Source: Mytilus californianus (Eukaryota). Taken from it: a stretch of DNA of 64,000 nt. The stretch is from contig NW_026262582.1 in the NCBI RefSeq assembly GCF_021869535.1, positions 32,860,001 through 32,924,000 on the forward strand. The letters run 5' to 3'. How positions within the stretch are numbered: the first letter of the stretch is position 1; each line of letters begins with the position of its first letter. A program made the position numbers and the translations under genes. Below are positions 25,657 through 38,600 of this stretch, piece by piece. Under the pieces are notes generated by a model. The model was given only the letters and a program-made list of their open reading frames with translations, did not search any database and was not told where the DNA came from.

Positions 25657-25986
25657 TTGTAAGAAGAAGTTTGTAAACATGATTGTTTGTAATATGATTT
25701 TCAACGTATTGACATTTGTATGTTCCTTCATCATCAAAAATAAATTCTTTTATCATCAAATTACATGTTCTGTTTTTGTAACTTCCCACAACATTTATGT
25801 TTGATATGTTCAACTTTCTATTAACACGAAATCCTTATGTATATGGAATTAATTTTTCTTCATTAAATATGTTTGTCTTTGACGATGACCTATTTGGTCC
25901 AACCCAGTTTCCGTTTATTTGACTTATGCATGTACAGTTTAGACTAATTATATCACCACTCCTGACAAATACTTCTTGTTTGTTAG
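25657..25986 (-). pseudogene. Locus C IgV2 exon with in-frame TAA
   Basis: atacag|CT AAC ... A|GTGAGT, 330 nt. Reads ISLNCTC..NWVGP..IPYT*GFR..CNLMIKEF..DEGTYKC. Confidence 0.88.
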
Positions 25987-28223
25987 CTGTATAATATAAA
26001 AAAAATCCTTTCATTTATACAAAATTCCGACAATGGTTTGTGTACATATGACCGTATCAAGTTAGGAGCTTAGACACTGCTCACACACTTATGCTATAGA
26101 CTGTTATGTGGGCCTCAGTTATCGATTTGGGTTTTTTGTTACAGCCTTTTATATTTTAACTACCCCCTTTTTTTATTTAGTAATGGTTTACGATAAAATT
26201 GAAATGCAAAAAAACGAATAAGAGACAATACAAAATCAAAGAGAAAAGAGAAACTGACAACTGTATGGCAAAGAACGAAAAGCAACAAACAGAGTTTGAT
26301 TTACAATTATCTATCGATATAAATATCATTCCAGAATCAGAATGATGCCGAGCTCTTATGTTTAAAGAATTATTTTTCAATAGTATTTGACTTCCAATCA
26401 TACCGTCATTTAAGTCAAAATGAGGAAAAAATAAAAACTAGAGAATAATTGAGTGTTTACTATATAGAATAGAAAAAATGGACAAAATATATTTATAGGA
26501 AAAAAAGTGTCTGAATTATTAAAACAAATACTCATGTTTAAGAAATGAACAACACCCCACCATTTGAATCAAGGTCATTTTCATATGGCTACATTTCTAG
26601 ACAATTTTTAAGATAGTAAGAATTCGTTTTCACAATAGTTATATAGCTAAACATTCTCAACCAACATAATGCATTAATCAATATGCATTCGGTCCGATAT
26701 TATCTAATGTACATGTATAAATTATTATAAGAAAATTTCCTGCTCATGGATATTTACTATCTGATATGATTTTAACATAACAACAGCTACTAATTTTACA
26801 TATAACCACTAAAAATCTATTACCTATTACTTTCAAAGCTTCAATGAATACAATGATAAATTTCCTTCTGTCCCACATCTTTTTAACAAACAAAAATCAG
26901 TGTACATTTATTTCGTTAGAGTTCAAATAAATGGTACATATTGTATTTGAAGTCTTTCTTAAATCATCAGGTTTGAACTAGCTAAAAAATTATGAATATT
27001 AAAAGTTTCAATTTAAAATATTCTCGGGTTTTAAATTTTGTATGTATCGAAAGCATTTCTATTTCCCTTTTCCGTTATTCATCTCGGAAACAATAGAAAA
27101 AGGAAATGCGAAATGTTTTCCTAGGGTCATTAACTAATTGTATAATATTTTTAAATTGTATAGCTCTTATCGATTTCTCTTTGACTGTTTGATTAAACAA
27201 CAACTTCCTGAGTTCTCCATAATGACAATTTTAAATTGAAATTGATTTATTTTAACATACCAAGTTTATCTTTACAAAAATGCTATACTGAACATAACAC
27301 TAACTGTCACATTTCAGCATATCGCGTAATTTTGGTGCACTGTATGGGCTAAACAAACGATCCGAACAGCGTCAATTACTTGTACAGATCATGAACGTCG
27401 AACTGCGACCTTGTTTATATGAAAATTTAAAAACCGATACTTGAAATTTACAATGCATATTTCAACTTCAAACGTGATTCAACGGTACACTACGGATTTT
27501 TTTTAATACAACTGACCATTTATTGTTAGATAAGGATTTTCGATATCTTCAAAAGCTCGTTATCTATAATCAGTCTGCAAAATACGAACCTTTGATCGGA
27601 ACTCTCGGTTTCAACACCTAGATGTCATTCATTTTGACAAATAAAGTGTAAAAGTATAGTTATCAGTGCTCGTTATTTATATAATATGTATAAGTTTATT
27701 TCTAACTACAGTGTTGATTCATATCAGATATACTAGACATCTACGCATGTTGAAAAAAACCACAAGACGTGTTTGGATAAATTTGTGTTCAAGGTAGATC
27801 TACAATATAATTAAAATTTTATTTACACTCGGTACAATGAAGAATTGAAATTTAAAAGAGATATGTTAATTTTTTCAAGAGTAATATAGACTCCCAAAAG
27901 ACAACACAACATGCAGGAGGATACCATGTCTAAATTGGACCGGCTTTGTACTAGACCTTTATTTTCTAACGTGCTCGTTTAAAAGTGGTTGTCACCCTGA
28001 AAGGTAACAATCCCCTGATCTTTCCACAACCTTTCAGCATGATACAAAAAATGCGAGCTTAGCGGAAAAGCAACAAATACAAAGTGTTGCCATATCAGTT
28101 TTAAATGACTAGGATCAAGCTCATGCCATTCCGTACTCAAGACAGGCACACCACGTTTAGAACTTTGAAAATTGTGTCATTCTTCAGTTACAACAGTTAT
28201 TATATTTATTTTAAGATGCTCAC

Positions 28224-28541
28224 CTGTTATCTTAAGTGTAACGTAGGACTCCAATATCCCCTGTTCATTGCTTCTTTGGGAACATATGTAAATCCCGTCG
28301 TCGTTCAATGATACATTTTGTATTTGGAGATTATAGTCACCTTCGTTTATATTACCAACAATTGCAAGGTTTTGCTTATTAGGTAAATCTGGATTGATCT
28401 CATTACCATCTGCATACAAAATGACTGTATTTTTTTCATTGGACTTTACTTTGTCCCATGTCGACTTGCTGTTTGGAAACAGTTTGCATTTAATGGTTAC
28501 ATTAGCACCTTCTGATGCATATACATTTTGAGTGTATACAG
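28224..28541 (-). CDS. Locus C IgV1 exon (open)
   Basis: ttatag|CT GTA ... G|GTGAGC, 318 nt. Reads NVTIKC..STW..LYADG..YNLQIQNVSLNDDGIYIC. Confidence 0.9.
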
Positions 28542-29033
28542 CTATAAAAAATAAAAAGAATTGAGTTTAAAATAAGTGTTTCACTTCCATTATCATTTTT
28601 TTTTTAATTAACATAGTGGATAAAAAGTTGTATTTTTATGTTTTTTCAAATAAGACGTTATCCTCGAGGATAAATATTGGAAATTTACAATTAAGTAATA
28701 ATTTCATTAAGATCAATACTTTGTAAAAGTACAATCAACTGATTTTATCGGTGGGGGGGGGGGGGGGGGGGGGGCAAACGGCAAACTAGGAATGAAATCA
28801 TTTTATTTCATTTTATTTTCAAACGGCTACTACTGTATCAGTAAATACTAATAGGGTATATCTATATTTTCGTTGTAAAAAAACAATTAATCCGTGGCCA
28901 ACTGAGAACCAAATATTTTTCAACCACTTTTCTTTTACATGTAGTATATTATTGAGAATTGTTTTTGTTCATATCAAAAACAGAAAATTCTCTTGAAATC
29001 GCAAATCTTTATTAATTGTGATCGATAATTTGC

Positions 29034-29070
29034 CTTTGTTATAGCACAACAATGCAAAACTGAATAACAT
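29034..29070 (-). CDS. Candidate leader exon of locus C
   Basis: Hydrophobic MLFSFALLCYNK ends in phase 1, but the donor is non-canonical (G|GCAAAT). Confidence 0.3.
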
Positions 29071-30479
29071 AAATAGTAGTAATTTTGAAGTACCAGGTGC
29101 GAGTTTTGACAAATAATGTCTCCACAGTGATGCTCGAGGCAACAATGTTTCGAAATACTCAAATATTAATACTGAATGATAATCATGATAATGCATGTTA
29201 TTTTACTAAAATCAAATGTTTGTTTTATATTACCATTCATTTCATTGGATACATGGCATTTGTTAATTTTCACTAAACCTTCCATACTCCCCGCACCATA
29301 GCAAGTTACATGTGATAACATTAGCAACAGGTGCCAATGCAAAACGCTGAGCCCGACGCTTGCCGATCAGGAACAAAAATACCCAATGCAGACGATGTTT
29401 AACAATTCTTATTTCTACATCATCTCCGTCGTTTTGTTGTTATTAGTTATCTTTTAGTTATGACTTAATTTTCTGTTTACAATTTTCTTTCGTATTACAT
29501 AGTGAACATTTGAAACATGAAGTATTCACGACTTCGTCTTGGGTGATAACTTTCCCCCTGTTTGTATATACCTTAACACCACAAACCAATTCAAGGGCTG
29601 TATGTTTATAATATGGATATGTAAAAAAGTAATTAATAATTTTTGCAATGCTAATACGAACACAACCATTCAACCACCCTACATGCAGTTATAATACGTC
29701 TGAATTACTATTCAGAATTCCCAAATTGGAAGTGTGGTCAACATATGTAGCAGAGTTCACCGTGACCATTTTTCTACAAATAAGATAAGTTGATAACCTT
29801 TAAAAGACTTTTGTTTAGTGTTGACATGATAACATCGATGCTCTCTGTGAAATGTCATTAACGACGCTACAGAAAGCAGACTGTATTATCTTTTTTATTT
29901 AATTTAACAAATAACGTAGTTATGTAGGATTTAAGAATCCAAATATTGATGCACTGATAATTGCGATTAAACATTCAGCTCTTGTAAATATTGATCTTAA
30001 ATACATATCTAGTTGTCAATTTAATTTGACGTTAATGCATGTTTATGTTATAGCGAAATAGTTTTCACTCTACAGCTCGATTTTGTTCTGAATAAATATT
30101 CATGCGTAACACCATCATAACCATGTCACAGTGTCTATATGTTGTGGATTTTAGAGACGCATTATTTTCAATTCATTTAATTATTAAATGAATACTTTTT
30201 TACAAAATCCAAGAAAAACAAATAAGATTTTTGATAATGCATTTTATCTCAGTTACTAAAACTTTTTTTTTAACTCTTATCCAACTTATTATTAAACGTA
30301 GTTTTTGTTTCATTTTGATCAATATTCAGAGCATATAGTTTCTCGCTAAACGATGAACAAATGATCAATATAAACATGAAATGCGTGTGCATTAGCTAAC
30401 TCGAACTTGGTGCCAAGGATATAGCAGATACATGTACAGTTAAGTCTGCTTCATAGTTTGACTTATATCTAGAGAAACT

Positions 30480-31085
30480 GAAAATGAAGATCGGTTTAAA
30501 AACGAAACTTTACAACAAAAAATAGATGATTGTAGCTTCCAAATTGCAAAATTTCTCTTTCTATGTAGCACTATTCAAGTAGTGCCTTCATACAGAGTTT
30601 ATATCTCCAGATTAATACGATATTTCAGGGCTTGTAATTCATGTCGTGTTTTCCTTGAGTTGCGGCTAACAAAAAAGCTATTAATGACGTCGAAATCATC
30701 AATTCTTAAATTTTACGAACACAATCAAGATTTAGTTGACCGTTTTGAAATATTTGTTTTATTCCACAGATATCGGATATGTTTCAAATGTCTTTTGTAA
30801 ATTCCGTTCCATTATCCTCGAAAATTACCTACCAAATAAGACGTATAACCGGGTTTTTACTGACATGAGCAACACGACGGGTTCCACATGTGAAACAGGG
30901 ACTATTTTAGATCATCCCCAACTTTTGGTGTTATTCGTGTTGATCAGCCTGCAGTTTTTAGTTTTCGATGTTGTGTTTTGTGGAATAATCTTCTTCTGTT
31001 GAACTTTTATTTTAGCCATTGCGTTGTTAGTTTATTGTGGGCTTCTGAGTTTGAATGCCCCCTTGCTTTATTTTGCCTTTCTTTA
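30480..31085 (+). mobile_element. Decayed PLE family 2, 3' fragment
   Basis: PSYRVYISRLIRYFRAC remnant plus degenerate 3'UTR motifs. Confidence 0.7.
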
Positions 31086-32510
31086 ACACAAAAATATAAC
31101 TTTTTCTCTTACTGTTGTTTATATTTGTTTACATCTAAATAAAATGTATTATTTGCACAACCTACCGTATAAATGAATAAATAAAACTTCTGTCAAATTT
31201 TAAAAGAAGAATCAAGGCAAAACAAGAAGAAGGCGTCAGTTACTATATTCCTTACAAGCACGATCTATCCTCATATATTGCATTGTTTCGCAATCTGTGA
31301 CGGAAGCAATTAAGAAAGTAAGTATTTCTTGACTTTTGATTTCAAGTAATTACAGATTGTTTTCATTACTAGACAAGACAAACAACACAACATGACGATA
31401 TACTTTTTAAAAGTGTCTTTGTTGGTCTTCCTTTCAATGTATTTGTAATTCACCTTATTGTAACATCAACACATACTTGAATGTGTAATCATGTACTTAA
31501 ATTAAATAATGCATCTACTTACATAGAAAATGCCATAAAGGAATTAAAAATATACACATGCATAATATATGCATTTTTCTTATCTACAATGAAAAACAAA
31601 TAGTCATTTGTGTATGATCTAACAAACAGTTACACTAAATATTAGATGCATCGTGAATATCTTTGTAATATTATCTTTCAAAATGTAGGTTTATTGATGA
31701 ACATGATGAATGAGGGACGCATTAATGATAATGACAGTAAAATTTTATGACAATTTATCGAAAAAGAGATATTCATAAAGAAATACTACGTACCTTTTCA
31801 TGAAATGTATTGACGGACTCATTTAATAACTTCCTGTCATTTCATTTTTTTTTTCAAGTAAAAGGAAGGTTTTAAGATCATAAAACGGATATAGCAATAC
31901 AACTTTGATAGGGAAATCATAATATCATACGAAACAATGGTAGATAATTATGATAAAATGTAACCTGTGACCTTGTTTCTTTACAATGTAGTTTGAATTT
32001 CATTATTTAAAAGGAGTCAATTTTAGCGAATAACTTCTTTTGAGGGTCAGCACTGTAATCTTTCTTAAGTTTAAACAAGTTACAAATGTACCATACTTTT
32101 CTTATTCATATTTCTGTCAATAGTTTTTGCCCATTATTTTTCTAAAATTCCTGGACTGCATATAGTTAATTGTTATATGTATCTTGTAACGAATTAAAAT
32201 GCATCCCACTTATCAGTATTTCGAAAAATCAGTCGAACACATACGACTACATATTCCTTCACTTTGTCATAGCAGCACATCCGTTTATCATATAAAGTCT
32301 ATGTCATCGTCATATCCGAACAAACATATAAAACTGTAAGCTTATCATGAAGTGATGTCGGCGGAAGGAGATGGGTATCACACGTAGGCATGCATTTATA
32401 AATGTATTCATGACGGTGCAGGTGAACTTTGCTTTGCTGATTTGCAAACATTTGTTGAAAAACAGGTCCATAGAACATGATAAATAAGTTGTAAGACCTA
32501 TTGCTTTAAA

Positions 32511-32958
32511 AAAAAAAGAAGATGTGGTATGATTGCAAATGAGACAACTCTCCACAAGAGACCAAAATGACACACAAATTAACAACTATAGGTCTCCGTA
32601 CGGCCTTCAACAATGAGCAAAGCCCATACCGCATAGTCAACTATAAAAGGCCCCGAAATGACAATTGCAATGTAAAACAATTCAAACGAGAAAACTAACG
32701 GCCTTATTTATGTACAAAAAAGAACGAAAAACAAAAAGGTAACACATAAACAAACGACAACCACTGAATTACAGGCTCCTGACTTGGGACAGGCACATAC
32801 ATACATAATGTGGCGGGTTAAACATGTTAGCGGGATTCTAACCCTCCCCCTAACCTGGGACAGTGGTATAACAGTACAACATAAGAACGAACTATAAAAA
32901 TCAGTTGAGAATGGCTTAACTCATCAGATGGACAAAAATACAAGTGGACGTGACCGGG
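32511..32958 (-). mobile_element. PLE family 1, 3'-end copy (~450 nt)
   Basis: aaaaaagaagatgtggtatgattgc...ggacgtgaccgggt, a close match to 9890-10278 in reverse. Confidence 0.85.
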
Positions 32959-33719
32959 TTAGTTATAAGTATAAGTTTAATTTGAAGATAACTTAAAATA
33001 ACGTCATGTAGGCGGTAAATGCATCTCAAATTCGAAAGTCGAAATATCTTAATATTATAAAGTTAAAAACAACATAACGAGCCATGCTTATTACAAGTAA
33101 ATTAGGCTGAATGGTTTCTAATGACATATCTCTTGTTCATTGAGATATAATAAACTCTCAAAAAGCATGTCTAACAGAAAATGACTGTACAGTATCTTTA
33201 GAATTGTTCCAAAATTGTTATTCCACGTTATATTTACATAAGTAATCTTTTGGATCACATTCTCATCATTCCGGAATGCAGAAACTAAGATATTAACGCT
33301 ATCTTCAAATTGAACAAGATATCAACTGATGTGTACAATTTAGTACCACAAATGTAAGCCTTAAATGTATGAGTGAATACATATGCAATATTCGAAATTA
33401 ATGAGTCGAAAACAAATGACCAAATAGGGCCAAAGGTTGCATTTCTGTAAATATATACCGTACAATTTCCAACAGGAACTCTCATTACAGCTAAAACTGT
33501 ATCACTTTTATTTATAAGATTCGTGAAAAATTATATCCTTGAATGGATAGTAGAAATACACTTTTAATTTATTCCAAAGTCAAAACATACGGCTGTGCGG
33601 CATATTTTCAACATATATGCCCGGACGTTCTAAGAGTCTTAACTTATAATTAAATATGTACCTAGCTTCACCTCGGGTGACTCACAGAATTCAGAATTCC
33701 CTGCAACCATGTTTATATA

Positions 33720-34000
33720 TACATTCCTAAATTATATTTCTATGAGATGAAACATATAGATTTGACTGGGAACCAGTACGTAAACAAAATTATATATCTC
33801 CCTAAAAGAGGTTTGGTTTGTGCAACAGCTGTATTTACAAAGTGCAACCAAAAGTTCTTCTGTAAAAACATTGTCATTGTAATTGAAGTGGTCGTAAAGT
33901 CTTCTCGAAGCATCGATCAGTTACTGCAGCGAATGATAATGCCCTGTAGAAATTATTTCCTGAAAGACATATATTTATTAACCATATTCCTAAACGGTCC
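33720..34000 (-). other. Decayed coding-like repeat with possible OTU/vertnin-like motifs; partial inverted copy at ~41330-41470
   Basis: Broken frames give GNNFYRALSF and FTEELLVALC...SFREIYNFVYVL. ggttgcactttgtaaatac and gtactggttcccag...tatgtttcatctcataga recur on + at 41335-41468. Confidence 0.35.
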
Positions 34001-34698
34001 TTAGACATTTTAAATCAAGAATCAACATCAGTCAAGAACGATAACTTGCAAATACTGTTCGATTTATTGTTCTTAATTATGACCTTTGCTTAAAATGACA
34101 TCTTCAATGAAACTGTGCAATAAAAGTATGAAAGGATGGCTTTGGAATATTGATATGAAGATATGATGCATTTGGTACACAGAAATTATAAAAAACGGCA
34201 TTTCGTAGCCGTAGAACTACGACCGATAATGTTATTACTACCATGGGTCAATATTTCTGTCGAAAGACTATACGTCTGGCCACCAGCATCCCCTAAAGAG
34301 ACATTAAAATGCGGGTCTGGAGCATTGACATTTGTACTGTTAACCAATGTGATATGAAAGGAGTTATAGGCCTTGGCAAGTTTAAATAAAAGCGTTATTG
34401 ACCTGAACTTCATAATGGCTCACGGTATGCATGTCCTTAGTTTGATGTTTATATGTGGTCTTGATACAAATAAATGGAAGTGCTTTGGGAAAACCAGGAT
34501 TAGTTGTTAATGGATATTTTGGCAGGACATTTAAGTTACCGAAGGAGCTATTTTCTAGAAATTTTTATTGTTACACCCAATGTACATGTTAAGGTGGATT
34601 GACCTGCACTTGTAATATAAACATTTTTTTTTTTTTTATTGCATATTTCATTTCTCTCATTCATAAAATTGAACAAAATACCGTCTTATAACTTAGAA

Positions 34699-34938
34699 GC
34701 CTCAGTAGCCTGGTGGTTTAAGTAGTTCAACAAATGTATCACTAGTCTGCTAACCTGAATTTGTTACTTCGAACCCCTACTAGGTAGATGCACTCCAATC
34801 TTAATTAATAAAGATTGTCAGTTTTTATCCCGAAGGTTGGTGGTTCTCTCCAGAAGTTACGGCTCCTTCCATTAACAAAAACTAACCGCCACGAAATAGC
34901 CACTAATGTTCAAAGTGGCGTTAACCATTAATCAATCA
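34699..34938 (+). mobile_element. tRNA-derived SINE
   Basis: A-box-like gtagcctggtggtttaag, B-box-like cttcgaaccc, central ggtggttctctccag..ggctccttcc domain, aatcaatca tail. Confidence 0.65.
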
Positions 34939-35164
34939 CTTTAACTTTTGATTATATTACTTAATTGAAATGGGATTACAAAATCTTGTAATACATTAAC
35001 ATTTTTGAATTTAAAACATTATTCATGTTATATTTATTATGATAAGTTATTTCAACACTTTCTTGTTCAGACACAAGATATACATCAAATCAAATGTTTT
35101 CTACAGTAAACTCAGTACAGATAAAAGATTTAAGTCCATGATGCTATTACTGTCTTAGTTCAGG

Positions 35165-35691
35165 TTACTGCATCTTCTTGTATACAACAAGCCATGGCTT
35201 TGTGTAACTATCGATTGCAAAAGTAATGTGTTTTGAGGATGTTGTCGCTGCGCTTGTCGGTGATATAATTGTGTTCTGATAAATAGTTGGGATGATGCTA
35301 CTGTATTGATGCATTTCGATAACCGAAGGAAGTACCGCCTGATACTCATTTTCATAACCATCACCAGGTCGTCCTATAAAAGAGCTTTCATTAGAGCTTT
35401 CTCCATCAACACTTGACGACACAGTATTGCTCTCGTGATCATGAGAGATATTGTCATTGTTCTCTTGCTCAAAGTCAGTTATTGGATCAACAATCACATT
35501 ATTATAATTTATTGTTCCTATTTCATCATATTGACCTTCTAGAGAGATTTCAAATGTCGCAGTAGATTTTCTTGTTCGTCTTAGACAACAGCAAATATGT
35601 GAGCAAATACAGCATATAAGCATTCCGCCGACAGTGCTTCCAATGATAACTGAGCAATAATCATATGCAACAAGCGTTTTTTGTTGACACT
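35165..35691 (-). CDS. Locus B terminal exon (TM + ITIM/ITAM-like tail)
   Basis: tttgcag|AG TGT. TM CSVIIGSTVGGMLICCICSHICCCL, then YDEIG, INYNNV, YENEYQAV, YSSI, YQNTI, WLVVYKKMQ*. Confidence 0.92.
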
Positions 35692-38600
35692 CTGCAAAAA
35701 AAGTTAAAGCTTTCAATAACATCATGTCTGATTCACCAGTATACTGAACTGTTGTTTATCAAGTTTTTATATTGGTTTAATTACTAGCGATTTTGCGGGT
35801 CTAACATTTCCTCAAAATACATTAGTTTTATTTGTATTACTGATTGAAGGAAGGTTATTTGTTGAAAGTTATTTACATTTTTGCAACAACAAAAATGTTA
35901 ACCTGAATGAGACCATGGACAAATTGAAGCACAAGCTATACGCGATTAATAGAAATACAATGAAAAGGCACAATCCGCAGTTTAAATTCAAGTTTAAACA
36001 TTTGAATACACAGTTTTGATTAGTATTGTAATAGTGGGATATATATTGGAATGTCTGATATCTGAAAAAGGTATCTACCACATTTATTTCATGAACATAT
36101 TATCCTGAATAAAAGTTATCAAACTAATCTAAAACGAACCACTGTAAAATAAACAAAGTAATGAAATTACCAGTAATGAAACATTAATGTCAAACTTGTC
36201 AGTCATATGAACAATAAGAGATAACAATTGATATAGTCTTCAATACATGAATTTATGATGAATAAACGCATTTTATATAAACAGTCAACTTTTAAATAGA
36301 TGTTTCTTAAAACAACAAATAGGAAAAAAGAACTAAATTGACACATTTGCATATGTCTATAGATCAAGCGCGTTTACCCCAAACGAATTTCGTATACAAT
36401 GATAATTGTGTCGACCATATTTTAGTAAATCATTGCAATTGAGATCCCCAATGCTTGTTCTAAAATTTGATACCTCATATCTCTTATTTATATAATTACA
36501 AAAAAACCTAATATTATATACCAGTCAAATTTGATAAGTCGACGATAAGTAATCAAGTTATTGGCTACAAGACGAAAATGACGTTCGACAAACAAATCCA
36601 CAAAACATAGACAATTAAATATGCAGCAGCATAGTACCAACAATAACCTCTTCAAATCCATATTAATGTTACTCCCTCGTATCTTGTGATCTCGAATTTT
36701 CCATGGAATTACATATAATCCCGTTCTTAACCTGACAATGAACTTGAACATCTTAAGAGTTTTCTACTATCGTCATCAGGAATCAGTTGATATGATTAAT
36801 GAAAAAGCTTGGGATATTTTAAACTAATTGTCTAATATATGACATGTTTGATAAATAAATATATATATGTAAAAATGGTGTACATTTATAATACTATTAT
36901 AAGGTTAAACTGCGTTCAAACAGACAAGCAGTATATTTCCGAATGTGTACTTACCAAATGTTCTTGATACTGTTATATTAGTTATATTGCTATCTCCAAT
37001 TTTGTTTCTAGAAAACATGCGCACAAAATATTGTTTTGTTGATACAAGTTCATAGAAAGAGTAATGCATTTTATTTTCCGATCCATCTTCTACTGCATCT
37101 GTGGTTGTCCATATTTCTGTGTCATCAGCTCTATATTGTATGAAAAATTTCTGATTAAATCCGCCATTGAACTCAGACATCCATGATACTATCATGTGGT
37201 GTTCGTATTGAATCACTGTAAGATTGGTAGGGGTTTGTGGTAAATCTAGAAAACATAGTATAAAAAGGTGACGACATCAATCTAAACATCAAATATGTTA
37301 TACTAATTAACTGTGTATGAGAAAACAAGTGTATTGCAGCCGAGGGCAAAGTTGTATCCGAGGGGACAATCATCTTACTATTCCACGAATATCTAGTCAG
37401 TAACTGTTTTGTTATACTGAAAAAGCCAACATAAACAATGATAAATAATCATGTTGGGATAAATCAACTATCGTAATATAAAAGAAGAAACACAACGGTA
37501 CCATACTTTTTAACGTTTACTTTATATTCTGAATGCTTTGTCTACGTCATGCACTAACGTCAACCCTAGATACAATAGGTAAAACGCGACGTCGCCACTC
37601 CCGCGGTATAATCAACATCCTCCAATCCCGTAGCTGGATTTGAAATTCCACGAAATATAATTACGCTTGCGATCACATATTTTCATTTCGCTTTGGGATA
37701 CGTTACAGGTGCATATTTAACATGTTTATGCAAACCTCGTCGGAACATTTTATGCCACATTTAGTAAATGCTAAAATTCTTCTTTAAGTTATTTGTTTAT
37801 GCACGCAGTTTATATCACACTAAAGTATTACTATTTGTTAGTGAAAGTTAGATTCACGGTATACATATAAATAATCACTAACTTAAAGCCAAGAAAGGCT
37901 TACCTCCCGATCTTATGTTAACAATATATCTATTACAACCTTCAAAGTTGCAAGCCACTACTGTATAATTTCCAAAGTGCTCCCTTGTCGCCAAACCCAT
38001 GTAAAAAACAACTTTAACTGTTGATACAGTTACATTGACGCCATGCAAAATATCATGAGTATCAACTCTTTCCTGTGTAATCTTTGGTTGTAAATACTTT
38101 TTATGATTTGATATATTCAGTGATATATTAGCAGATCTAGTGAACAAAAAGACTGTTATGTTAAGTCCACGTTCACATTGTCCATATTGTACCCTTTGGT
38201 TGGTTGAAACGAATATTGGTGGTACTAAATTATAATAAAATAAGAACATGATTATATATTTGGATAAGTTTATACGTATTACTGTAATATTGTGCTGTTA
38301 AAGGAAAATAATGGGTTTCACACTTTGTGGCGTTTATATTCAATGCATGTGACGTGCAGTTTAAACTTTGATGGTGGTGTCCTGATGTACCGTCGTTAGT
38401 TCATGGGAGATGTCCGCTGCTATTCTGTGGTTACATGTTGTAATGTAATATTATGTTTTATTGATGTTTGTCTCTTTTCTTAGTGTCCTTGTGTTTAAAT
38501 TGTAACAGCTCGTTAAAAATACTGATTTGTTTAACCCATTTTTCTCAAGTTAACTGAATATTTCTGTGATTAGAAAATACTGCAGACGTTGTTTATATTT

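Larger units (their letters stand above)
21932..29070 (-). pseudogene. Locus C: 2xIgV-stalk-TM-Tyr tail receptor with one nonsense codon in IgV2
   Basis: Exons 28224-28541, 25657-25986 (TAA at 25835-25837), 24401-24439, 24179-24217, 23918-23956, 21932-22467. All joins are phase 1. 5' leader exon uncertain. Confidence 0.75.

Noticed and set aside
28753-28774. G22 run as a regulatory G-quadruplex
   Set aside because: A plain homopolymer whose length is unreliable in assemblies, with no other support
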